A stretch of 64,000 nucleotides of DNA from IMG/VR virus record IMGVR_UViG_3300031972_002304, positions 2,522 to 66,521 of that record, one strand, 5' to 3'. Under the pieces are notes generated by a model, which was given only the letters and a program-made list of their open reading frames with translations, made no database searches and had not been told where the DNA came from. Of the stretch, positions 56,465 through 64,000 are shown one piece after another; the stretch's first letter is position 1, and every line of letters begins with the position of its first letter. Position numbers and translations under genes: made by a program. Source of the DNA: a virus.

Positions 56465-56733
56465 ATTGGCCGGTTGATCGGCGCGGCCGCCTGGCACCGC
56501 CGCCACAATACGACGCAACTGCCGAGAAGGCGAAAAGCGCCGAGCGGGCAGCGGCCGGCAAGGTTCGGTCGGCCATGACGCGCTTCGCCAAAGCGCACGG
56601 CGAGGACGCTCTGATCAGTCTGCTGAAACACGAACTCCAGAGCCGTGGCGAAGAGCGCTGGCGGCTCGACCAGTTGGCTCCGCCGCGCGCCGGCGCCGAT
56701 GGGCAAACATCTCTACTGGACAGTGGCACATGA
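56461..56733 (+). CDS. Hypothetical protein
   Basis: AGGAG RBS; coupled. Confidence 0.6.
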   Translation: MNWPVDRRGRLAPPPQYDATAEKAKSAERAAAGKVRSAMTRFAKAHGEDALISLLKHELQSRGEERWRLDQLAPPRAGADGQTSLLDSGT

Positions 56734-56957
56734 GCGACGGACCGATGGACCTATCCGGCGAGGTTGAAGACCTCTTCAAGAAGAAGATGCTCGAGTTCCT
56801 CAAGTGGTGTGAGGCCAATTGGCAGATTTCGGAGAAGGACCGACAAAGCGACGATTGGGTTGCAGAGAAAAGTGCCGAATACGTCGAGGGCTACAATGCC
56901 GCCATCGAGGGTCTCGGCGGGGCGTATGAGTGTTGGGCAGAGGAGTTTCTCCGGTGA
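56730..56957 (+). CDS. Hypothetical acidic protein
   Basis: ATGA coupling; YVEGYNAA motif. Confidence 0.6.
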   Translation: MSDGPMDLSGEVEDLFKKKMLEFLKWCEANWQISEKDRQSDDWVAEKSAEYVEGYNAAIEGLGGAYECWAEEFLR

Positions 56958-57208
56958 GCGCCTTCTTCAACCTGATCGCCCATTCCCCCGGTAGGGGTGC
57001 GGTGTCCGCTACCAGGGGGGCGCCAATCGTTCTGCCGCTAAAGGCGTTCTATCGGCGGGAGCCGCGTTTCGAGCGCCGACGGGCGGCCTTCTATGCCGAC
57101 CTCGCCCGGGCCTTCGGCTCGCAAGGCTGGTCATTCCCGCGCCCGGCCATCTCCGCTACAGGTAGGCCCGGCCGGGAGGGGCGCCCGAAAGAGGTCGAGG
57201 TCAAATCC

Positions 57209-57799
57209 ATGAAGGGGCCCGGCGGCAGGCAGCTTGGCATCGACCGCGACCTCTACGGCGGCGTCGTCGAATACCTCGAGCTGACGAACGTCATCGACGA
57301 GCCGGTCAGCCTTTCCGCCAGCGATCGCGAGAAGGACGAGGCGCGCCGCTGGGGCGACATCCGCCGGCGGGTGGCCCGCAACATCCGTGAAACGGACGAA
57401 GGCGCCCAAGGCTCGCCCCTGTCATCGCCCGACTGGATGGCCACGCCGACCGGCAACGCGCCGGGCCCGACGACTGTCTCAGATGTCCGGCTCTGGTGCA
57501 TGGAAGCCATGGGCGAGCTGCACAAGCGGATGCCGGCGGACTCCATGGCCGTGATCAACTCCGAGATCCTCGGCGACGCCTTCAGTTTCATGGCGATCGA
57601 GAGCCGGGAGGCAAAGGCCATCGCGATAGAGGATCTTCGCCGGGCCCTTGACCTCGCCGCCTACATCTTCAAGCCTGGCGACGAGGTGACATGGGACCGG
57701 CTGATGAAACGCTGGCCGGAGGTTCGCTACGGCGAGTTGCGCAAGGCGATCCGCGCCGGGCGCTATGGCCGGGTGGCGCCGGCGGATCTGAGCAAGTAG
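57209..57799 (+). CDS. Putative late regulator (Q-like position)
   Basis: End of the early-right operon; LRRALD helix; start could be GTG 56954. Confidence 0.45.
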   Translation: MKGPGGRQLGIDRDLYGGVVEYLELTNVIDEPVSLSASDREKDEARRWGDIRRRVARNIRETDEGAQGSPLSSPDWMATPTGNAPGPTTVSDVRLWCMEAMGELHKRMPADSMAVINSEILGDAFSFMAIESREAKAIAIEDLRRALDLAAYIFKPGDEVTWDRLMKRWPEVRYGELRKAIRAGRYGRVAPADLSK

Positions 57800-57807
57800 G
57801 AGACACC

Positions 57808-58032
57808 ATGGCGATAGATCACACGGCCGAAGACGGCTTCCGCTTAGCGGTAATGAAGAGCGCCGAAGTGGCCGGCGCCGAGCCTGGCGGCGTAGCCGTC
57901 ACGGTGACGGATGATCTGGCCGGCGGCTACGGCTATTTCGGCTTCATCTACCTCAAGTCGGAGCAGGAATTCCGAGCTTTCGTCGAGCACGTCAAGAGCG
58001 TCGGTCGGTCTGTCGGATGGGAAGCGGATTGA
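57808..58032 (+). CDS. Hypothetical protein
   Basis: AGGAG RBS. Confidence 0.6.
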   Translation: MAIDHTAEDGFRLAVMKSAEVAGAEPGGVAVTVTDDLAGGYGYFGFIYLKSEQEFRAFVEHVKSVGRSVGWEAD

Positions 58033-58065
58033 CATCTTCGCCACAAGGGGCCCGCAGCATTTGCG

Positions 58066-58329
58066 CTACGGGCCCTGTTCGTCGATGAGTTCCTCCTCCG
58101 TCACCCTCAGCGCCCGGCGCATGTTCTGCGGATTGGCGAGCAGGACGAGCAGCACCCTGAGCCAGTGAGGTGCCGCGTCCTGCTCGGCCTGGGCTTCCAG
58201 ATAGCGCTGCAGGCTGCGCGGCTGGGCGCCGGTGAGGCGAGACAACTGGCGAAGCGTCAGGCCGGCGTCGGTCATGGCGCGGGACATCTCCGCGCCCGTC
58301 ATGCGTCTGTGCCTGTATCGTTGGCTCAC
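58066..58329 (-). CDS. Small HTH protein (XRE/Aca-like)
   Basis: MTGAEM..AM..AGLT..QLSRLTG..RSLQRY..PHW..LL; AAGGA RBS. Confidence 0.75.
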   Translation of the reverse strand: MSQRYRHRRMTGAEMSRAMTDAGLTLRQLSRLTGAQPRSLQRYLEAQAEQDAAPHWLRVLLVLLANPQNMRRALRVTEEELIDEQGP

Positions 58330-58454
58330 GGCCGTTTCCTTTCGCTGGTGCGCCATGCTCGGCGTCTGGTGGGTCCGCCTCGGAATATGCGAGGCGCGCC
58401 GCCTGGCCGCAACTGCGGCGCGCCAATTGCCTCGGTGGAGGGTGGGGATCTCCG

Positions 58455-59354
58455 CTACAGGTCGTTCCTGATGCCGACGAAGACCGGAAAGCGCGGCGCG
58501 CCCTTTGATCCCAGCCCCTGAAACTTGAACGTGACGAGCTGGCCGGGCAAGGCGTCGCGCCGCGCCCAAAGGTCGGCCCGGGTCGCATCGTCCATGCCGG
58601 TGCCGATCTCGAAGGCGACGCCGCTATAGGTGGCCTGCAGCGCGCCCAACGTGCCGCAAGGGACCAGGCCGGCCTTTGCGCTTGATCGCTTGGAGCGGCC
58701 GAGCGCGTCCCGCTCCGCCTCGTTGCCGTTGTGCATGCGCTCCACGGTCCCGGTAATGACCGCCTCGGCATCCTCGAAGCGCTTCACCTTCAGCAAGATT
58801 CCCTCACGCGCCGTCGATCGGCCGAACTTGTAGCGCCCGGCCGGGTCGCGGAGCATGACGCCTTCCCAGCCTTCGACGTCGACGCATTGACGCTCGAAGG
58901 CGACGAGCTCGGCCGCATCAGAAATCAGCCGGTGCGTGACGAATGCAACCGGGTGGCCGGCTGCCTCGGCCGATATGGCGAAGATGGCTGCGGCGTCCAG
59001 GCGCTTCGAAAAATGCGCGTCCCATGCCTTGAAGCAGTCGAAGACGTGAAACCGCGCGTCCGGCGCGCCGTCGGCGCTCATGACCTTCGATTGCACCGTG
59101 TTGAAATCGTCCCGAACACCGTTGGTATAGGTCAGCAGCTCGCCGTCCAGGTGCGGCTGCAGGCCGGCCATGATGCTCTGAATGTGCCGGTTCGGGATCG
59201 GCTTCAGGTTCCTCGAGCAGATGACAGGCAGGATGCCGGTAAGCGCCCGGATCCCATCGATCTTGGGCGAGGCGAGGACCGGGAAGCGCGCCGCCTCCAG
59301 GTCGGCCTTTTCCGCCAGTAGGGGCTTGAAGCCGGCGGGGTGAATCGTGGTCAT
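58455..59354 (-). CDS. ATP-dependent DNA ligase
   Basis: SPKIDGIR, LDGEL, VFD, EGVMLR, LKVK, PRFP motifs. Confidence 0.95.
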   Translation of the reverse strand: MTTIHPAGFKPLLAEKADLEAARFPVLASPKIDGIRALTGILPVICSRNLKPIPNRHIQSIMAGLQPHLDGELLTYTNGVRDDFNTVQSKVMSADGAPDARFHVFDCFKAWDAHFSKRLDAAAIFAISAEAAGHPVAFVTHRLISDAAELVAFERQCVDVEGWEGVMLRDPAGRYKFGRSTAREGILLKVKRFEDAEAVITGTVERMHNGNEAERDALGRSKRSSAKAGLVPCGTLGALQATYSGVAFEIGTGMDDATRADLWARRDALPGQLVTFKFQGLGSKGAPRFPVFVGIRNDL

Positions 59355-59433
59355 GTCGGTTCCTTTCTGGTCTGCCATGATCGGCAAGGCGCCATTGTGC
59401 GCCGGTAGTGGGTGGATATGCGCCGGTAGCGGG

Positions 59434-59655
59434 TCAGCGCTTGCGCCTGGCGGCGGCGTTCCGCTCCATCTCGCGTCGGAAGTAGTCGGCTTGCGGCGGT
59501 AGATCGTTGCGCCGCCGCTTGATGCCTTCGCGGATCGAATGAGCGCACCAATAGCCGGCGCATCCGTCGTCGCCTTCGATGTCGCGGCTGATCGAATGCG
59601 TTCGATTGCAGCCGGCGCAAAACCATGTCTTCGGGGTCGCGAATGGTCCGGGCAT
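59434..59655 (-). CDS. Small Cys-containing protein
   Basis: AGGA RBS; CAGC..H..C..C. Confidence 0.55.
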   Translation of the reverse strand: MPGPFATPKTWFCAGCNRTHSISRDIEGDDGCAGYWCAHSIREGIKRRRNDLPPQADYFRREMERNAAARRKR

Positions 59656-59748
59656 GGCACGAGCCTTTCCTGTTGCACCGCTCGGGCACCTAGATTGTTC
59701 GTCGGTGGAGGAGTGCGGCGCCGGATCGCCCGACGCCGCTACAAGGGG

Positions 59749-60054
59749 CTAGATGCGCGGCGCCTGAAGCTCGCCGGAGAATGACGAAGCGTCCCAGCCC
59801 TCGGCATAGAGCGTAAGGAACTTGCGCACCTTCGACGGGCTGGCGACATAGGCGCGCCCGCGCCCCGTCCAGCGGCAGTTCAGACCGTCGCCGATTAGCC
59901 GAGCCGCCCGCGTCTTGTAGCCGTCGCAGGACGGCGCCCGGACCTGCAGCATTCCCTTGGCATAGGGCGCCACGGAAACGCTGTAGTCCTCGGTCTGGAG
60001 GATCGCGCCCGCTTCCTTGAGAGCATCGAATGCGGCTTTGCCTGTGGTGTTCAT
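59749..60054 (-). CDS. Hypothetical protein
   Basis: AAGGA RBS with leader hairpin. Confidence 0.7.
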   Translation of the reverse strand: MNTTGKAAFDALKEAGAILQTEDYSVSVAPYAKGMLQVRAPSCDGYKTRAARLIGDGLNCRWTGRGRAYVASPSKVRKFLTLYAEGWDASSFSGELQAPRI

Positions 60055-60147
60055 CGTCGTTTCCTTCAAAGGGCGCGCCATGATCGGCGCTTGTTCGGCT
60101 CTAGCGGCCGGAAGACGGGCGCAACGCGGCGCCCGTCACACAAGGCG

Positions 60148-60279
60148 CTAGTAGGGCAGGGACTGGCGAGCGGCCGCGATGGCGCGCCACGCCGGCAACG
60201 TCGCCCTGAAATGGCGGTAGGCTTCAATCAGCAGGATTGCTTCATCGAATGTGCGAGATGGCAGGATTCGTTTGCGCAA
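60148..60279 (-). CDS. Small hypothetical protein (43 aa)
   Basis: AAAGG RBS, TTG start; MRKRILPSRTFDEAILLIEAY... Confidence 0.4.
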   Translation of the reverse strand: MRKRILPSRTFDEAILLIEAYRHFRATLPAWRAIAAARQSLPY

Positions 60280-60290
60280 GGTCGTGCCTT

Positions 60291-60566
60291 TCACGGAATC
60301 AGGATCATGCAGCCGAACCCGAAGAGAAAAGCCGACAGCGCGGCAAGCGCGGCCAGATCCTTCAGGAATGCCCGGACCGGCTGCGGCTCGAGCCCGACGC
60401 TGCGCAAGTCGGAGTGCCGCTGCAGCCGATCGGCCTTCATCATCAGCCGCTCATGGCGCCGATAGTCGCGGCGCTTCATCACGCCGAAACAGGCCTTGCG
60501 CTCCAGGTGGTGAAGCTCGCGGCGCATGGCCGGCGGGACGGGATCGAAAGCGTTCGCCATGGTCAC
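60291..60566 (-). CDS. Hypothetical protein with C-terminal TM
   Basis: GTGA coupling; LAALAALSAFLFGFGCMILIP. Confidence 0.6.
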   Translation of the reverse strand: MTMANAFDPVPPAMRRELHHLERKACFGVMKRRDYRRHERLMMKADRLQRHSDLRSVGLEPQPVRAFLKDLAALAALSAFLFGFGCMILIP

Positions 60567-61228
60567 GCCTCCGGCTTGATGGAAGCGATAGCAGCTTCAC
60601 GCGTGGCAAAGTGAGCGCGGCCGTCAAAGCCGACAGACGGGCCTTCGTCATCGACTTCGGCTTCGTCGTCTGTCGCGACGTACCATCCGCCGATGTCGTG
60701 GCCGATATAGAATCCCTCCGGCGCAAGCGGTTCGGCGTCCGAATGCATCTCGTCATAGATCCGCTCAATCACGGCGTCCGACGCGATGCCTTGCCCGGTC
60801 GTGGTACGCGCCCAGACCGTCAGCCCGGCGAAATCCTTGTCGACCTTCTCGCCCTTCTCGGCGAGCTTGTCAGCGAGCCAGTCGGAAACGATCCAGTGCT
60901 CGAAAACCTCGCTGTCGATCGGCTCAAGGTCCCAATCCTCGCAAGCATCCTCGGCACTGCTGTAAGTCGCGTCCTTCGAGGCGCTATGCCACTCGCCGGA
61001 CGCGGTGCGAGAGAAGCCGGCTTGAATGGCCGCCTCTTCAAAATCGGCGATCGGAAAGGCGAGTTCCTGCGCCTGATCCATCAGCGTGCCGAGGTCGTCG
61101 GCGCCGTGGCTGTAGTCGCTGCCGGCAAGCGTCGAGACGAGCGCCGAAACGCAATAGTGCACCTCGCGATTGACGAAGGCCTGAACGGCCGATTGATCGT
61201 CTGAGGGGCGGATTTTGGACGGGTTCAT
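60563..61228 (-). CDS. Highly acidic hypothetical protein
   Basis: GAGGA RBS; EVFEHWIVSDWLA..L..GE..WARTTTGQ.I..D. Confidence 0.8.
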   Translation of the reverse strand: MNPSKIRPSDDQSAVQAFVNREVHYCVSALVSTLAGSDYSHGADDLGTLMDQAQELAFPIADFEEAAIQAGFSRTASGEWHSASKDATYSSAEDACEDWDLEPIDSEVFEHWIVSDWLADKLAEKGEKVDKDFAGLTVWARTTTGQGIASDAVIERIYDEMHSDAEPLAPEGFYIGHDIGGWYVATDDEAEVDDEGPSVGFDGRAHFATREAAIASIKPEA

Positions 61229-61266
61229 AGTGGTGGTTCCTCAAAGGCGCGCCACAATTGGCGCTG

Positions 61267-61893
61267 TTAGTGAACGGAGGTGAGCGAGCGAGCGGCTTGC
61301 TTGCCGGCCACGTAGCGGCGAGCGGCGCCCACCATGTCGATACCAGGGATCGTCGGCAGGTCGCCGCCCAGCGCTTCCTGTACGGCTGCCAGCTTCGCCA
61401 GCAGCTCGAAACACAGATCCCGGTATTGATTGCGCGTCAGGAACGACGCATCGAGGTCGCGAGCGTCCATGCCGCGCGGCCGAACCGCCGTGGCCGGCTC
61501 GACACGCCGCGCCGGGGCTGCCCGGCGATGCGCCTTGACCTTCACCGGCCGCTCGACAGCCATGCGCCGGTATTCGGTGAACACGTTGATGATTTCCCGC
61601 CGCGCCTCGGCAGACCGATCTGTGCGGCTGAACATCACCACGACGAGCGCCTGTTCTTCCGTCAGCCAGTATTCAGCGACTTCGCGCTTCGCGCCGCTGC
61701 CGATTTCGACCATCGCCGCACGGCGCGGCAATGGTGCATAGGTGTGGAGCTCCGAGGCGTTGCGAGCGATGATGTCGCGGATATTGCGCGGACGGTCGAA
61801 ACCCAGCGCTTTGCCGAGGTCAACGTCGCGAACGCGTGGCGTCTCATCGTCGATTATGGCGAGGTCGGAAGCGGAAATATGGAAAGCGGTCAT
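61267..61893 (-). CDS. ant: Antirepressor (KilA-N/Bro-like N-terminus)
   Basis: RVRDVDLG..LGF..IR.II.RN..EL, EYWLTEEQA..M.S.T; preceded by C4 element. Confidence 0.8.
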   Translation of the reverse strand: MTAFHISASDLAIIDDETPRVRDVDLGKALGFDRPRNIRDIIARNASELHTYAPLPRRAAMVEIGSGAKREVAEYWLTEEQALVVVMFSRTDRSAEARREIINVFTEYRRMAVERPVKVKAHRRAAPARRVEPATAVRPRGMDARDLDASFLTRNQYRDLCFELLAKLAAVQEALGGDLPTIPGIDMVGAARRYVAGKQAARSLTSVH

Positions 61894-61942
61894 AGCCGTG
61901 GCCCTACGTTTGGTGTGGACCTGACCGGCAATTTCCAGATTG

Positions 61943-62019
61943 GCGGCCAGGCAACGGCGGGCTGGAAAACCGCGACGTAGGGCACGGCAGCCCGAAGGCT
62001 CCCACCGCGCCTGACCATA
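61943..62019 (-). ncRNA. C4-like antisense RNA
   Basis: Stem GGUCAGGC/GCCUGGCC, UUCG hairpin; segments GCCCUACG and UUUCCAG complementary to flanking CGTAGG(G)C and CTGGAAA copies at ~62083-62107 and ~61901-61938. Confidence 0.85.
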
Positions 62020-62265
62020 GAGCCGGAGCTTGGACTCCGAGCAAAGAAAAACGCGCTCGGAAGAGCTTCCGGCGCGTGTGGCGCCTACGAACGGTGCGGT
62101 TTCCAGGCCGCATCCGATCCCTTTTCGATCGGACAAGTTGAAGGTGGCACCGATCGCCAATCCCGTCAAGCCGAAAATCGAATTAAAACTACATTCTAGG
62201 AAGGAGGATGCAGCCGCAGGCCGTTTCTGCCATACAGAGGGCATTTCAACGGTGGAGGGAACAGT

Positions 62266-62652
62266 ATGTTGAGAACGGCAATTGCAGCGCTGCTGATGAT
62301 CGCATCGGCGCCGGCCCTTGCACAAACTGTCCAGGACCAGTCCGACAAGAATCTGTCGGATGAAGATGCAGCTGCCGTCATCCATGCGGCATCCCGCGAC
62401 GCTTTCGACGCGGAATCCGCCCGCTTCCTGTCGCTCAACTACATGCAGAACGAAGACGGCCCGGTGAAACAGCATATTTGCGGGTTCATGAATGCGAAGA
62501 ACCGCATGGGTGGATATGTCGGCTATCAGCCTTTCGTCTACAACGTGGCGGACAAGAAAGCGTTCTTCATGCCCGACGCCGTAGCAGAGCAGCCAGGAGC
62601 AAAAGAGACCTTCGTTAAGATGGTCGAGGCGATGGGCTGTCCCCGCCCATAG
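62266..62652 (+). CDS. Secreted protein (moron)
   Basis: GGAGG RBS; signal peptide ending ALA; CG..NAKNRMGGYVG motif. Confidence 0.8.
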   Translation: MLRTAIAALLMIASAPALAQTVQDQSDKNLSDEDAAAVIHAASRDAFDAESARFLSLNYMQNEDGPVKQHICGFMNAKNRMGGYVGYQPFVYNVADKKAFFMPDAVAEQPGAKETFVKMVEAMGCPRP

Positions 62653-62726
62653 CATTGGGGTTTTCACAAGATCATTCCTTGCTGGCGCGCCATGCTCGGC
62701 GCTTCGATGCTGAGAGAGATTTCCGC

Positions 62727-62879
62727 CTAGCAGGCGAGCCACTCCGATTTGCGCGCGATGGCGTCGCGCCGCTCGCTCCGGCGGATCCGCTTGCGAGCAT
62801 TCGCCCGGAAGCCGTCGTCGTCGATCAGCGCGTTATCGTTCGCCGCGCTCCGGCGGTTGTCATTGTGATGCGTCCGCAT
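62727..62879 (-). CDS. Small basic protein (50 aa)
   Basis: AGGAGG RBS; MRTHHNDNRRSAANDN... Confidence 0.65.
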   Translation of the reverse strand: MRTHHNDNRRSAANDNALIDDDGFRANARKRIRRSERRDAIARKSEWLAC

Positions 62880-62977
62880 TTTCCGTCCTCCTGTGTGGGT
62901 CGCCATGATCGGCGGGGTTCGGCCTGGCAGCCGGTAGGCAGGCGCCCGCAAGCGCCGGCCAGTCTGCGGCCAGTGGG

Positions 62978-63448
62978 TTAGGCGACTCGATCGAAGGCGA
63001 TGTCGTCGCGACCCGACATGATGACGCGGGCGCACCATGCCTTTGCCTTCGCGAGCGACCGAAAGCCGGGATTTTCGCCCGCGTTGCCATCGTGCTCGAC
63101 TTGAAACCATCCGCAATGGCAAGCGATCGAATATCGTTCGCCCGAATGGTGACGCGTCACGCCGTCGTTTCCGGCTGCCCTGCGCCACACGATCGGCGCA
63201 GCGCGATGCTTGAATGCTTCCCGGTGCGCGCCAAGTTCGCACTCCGCCTTTGCCTGCAGGCGCGCCGCATGGGCGTCAGCTGCAGCCTTGTCCGGATATG
63301 CGGCAATGATGCAGCGATCGTTCCACACTGCCCAGCCTGTCGGCTCGACTGCCCAGCCTGGCCCATGCGGCGCCGCTCCGTAAAAGCTGCAGCTGCGCCC
63401 GTCAGTGTGGCGCCATACGTGATCCAGGGTAACGCGAAAGCTGGTCAT
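62978..63448 (-). CDS. Hypothetical protein
   Basis: GAGGA RBS; FRSLAKAKAW motif. Confidence 0.7.
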   Translation of the reverse strand: MTSFRVTLDHVWRHTDGRSCSFYGAAPHGPGWAVEPTGWAVWNDRCIIAAYPDKAAADAHAARLQAKAECELGAHREAFKHRAAPIVWRRAAGNDGVTRHHSGERYSIACHCGWFQVEHDGNAGENPGFRSLAKAKAWCARVIMSGRDDIAFDRVA

Positions 63449-63488
63449 GGTCGTTCCTCAGTGGCGCGCCATAGTCGGCGCTAGTTGA

Positions 63489-63674
63489 TCAGGCTGCAGC
63501 GAATGCGGCGAGCGCTTCCTCGCGATCGCTGAATTTCATCATGACGGTTTCGCCGCGACCGAACATGCCATTCTCGCCCTTCGTCTTCACAGTGACGGTA
63601 AAGCGCGGGCGCCGGGCGCCGCTCTGCAGGACGTTGGCAATCGTGGTCTCTGTGATCTTCTCGGCAATGAACAT
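63489..63674 (-). CDS. Small hypothetical protein, first gene of the array
   Basis: AAGGA RBS; FSDREEA motif. Confidence 0.7.
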   Translation of the reverse strand: MFIAEKITETTIANVLQSGARRPRFTVTVKTKGENGMFGRGETVMMKFSDREEALAAFAAA

Positions 63675-63715
63675 CTGTCGGTCCTTTATGGCTCACCATG
63701 TTCGGCGATGACGTG

Positions 63716-63769
63716 AATATGCGGCACCATTCGAAAGCAGTCAATATGAATGTCGAAAAAAAACGACAT
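63716..63769 (-). promoter_or_regulatory. Sigma70-type promoter with perfect palindromic operator
   Basis: TTGACT-N17-CATATT (63744-63716); ATGTCG-A8-CGACAT at 63750-63769. Confidence 0.75.
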
Positions 63770-64000
63770 GAAACGACACGGCCGCAAGCCTGGCAATAGG
63801 CAAGGCCGCAAGCCGGGCGCCTGGTCGACGATTGGCAGCTCGCCGCATCTCGTCGACGCCGCTTGGCGCAATTCCATTCCGATAAATGACACCTCGTCGA
63901 CGGTCGGATACCGCCGGCATTCTCCAAAACCTCCAAAAATCGGAATGATTTTGCCGAAATAGGGGGCGGGTCGAAAGTCGTCGGCCTTGGATGCTGTCAC

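Larger units (their letters stand above)
58351..63708 (-). repeat. Eight dispersed start-associated hairpins
   Basis: Copies at 58351, 59373, 60075, 61249, 62687, 62901, 63466, 63693; minus-strand consensus GCGCC-GATCAT-GGCGC. Confidence 0.9.
1..64000. mobile_element. Temperate siphovirus genome (excised/virion form), partial at both ends
   Basis: Complete head-tail-lysis, integration, immunity and replication modules; attP internal with phage genes on both sides; no host housekeeping genes seen. Confidence 0.95.

Noticed and set aside
56954-57208. Possible structured ncRNA before the Q-like gene
   Set aside because: Stems are expected at this GC, and the frame is open from a coupled GTG, so it may simply be coding
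60179-60196. Ninth array hairpin (GGCGCGCCAC)
   Set aside because: Loop does not fit, no RBS/start follows, and it lies within a probable 43-aa ORF
58351-63708. Hairpin array as CRISPR or integron attC cassettes
   Set aside because: Repeats are 14-16 nt and separated by whole genes; no attC R'/R'' boxes seen and the integrase is a phage-type attP enzyme

Overview
The whole window is one high-GC temperate siphovirus genome, probably infecting an alphaproteobacterium. It is seen in excised/virion form: an intact attP (3' half of tRNA-Arg(CCU), arm sites, IHF site) lies mid-window with phage genes on both sides, and the genome continues past both window ends. Order: HNH-TerS-TerL-portal-S49 protease-HK97 capsid; a glycosyl/acyl-transferase cluster; neck/tail genes with a -1 frameshift chaperone; tape measure; J-like hub; SGNH tail fibre; lysis genes; morons; attP/int/xis; leftward recombination operon (RecD-like helicase, Bet); an oddly placed iteron-bearing initiator; cI/cro; rightward early/replication operon (Acb2/Tad1-like gene, tRNA-Arg(UCU), SNF2, RuvC, radical SAM, primase, DnaB, three DNA MTases); and a leftward array of small genes at 58.0-63.7 kb. 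The most striking unexplained signal is in that array: eight copies of a covarying hairpin (CC-RANYRU-GG core) each sit 17-21 nt upstream of a start codon, just before the RBS. Other notable items: the candidate virion-glycosylation cluster, an AGA/AGG/ATA-rich low-GC patch inside the tail hub gene matched by a phage tRNA-Arg(UCU), a C4 antisense-antirepressor cassette, cuckoo-type RNA hairpins, a two-frame C5 methyltransferase and a GSCFA moron flanked by twin hairpins. All functional calls come from motif recognition and synteny by eye; no searches were run.
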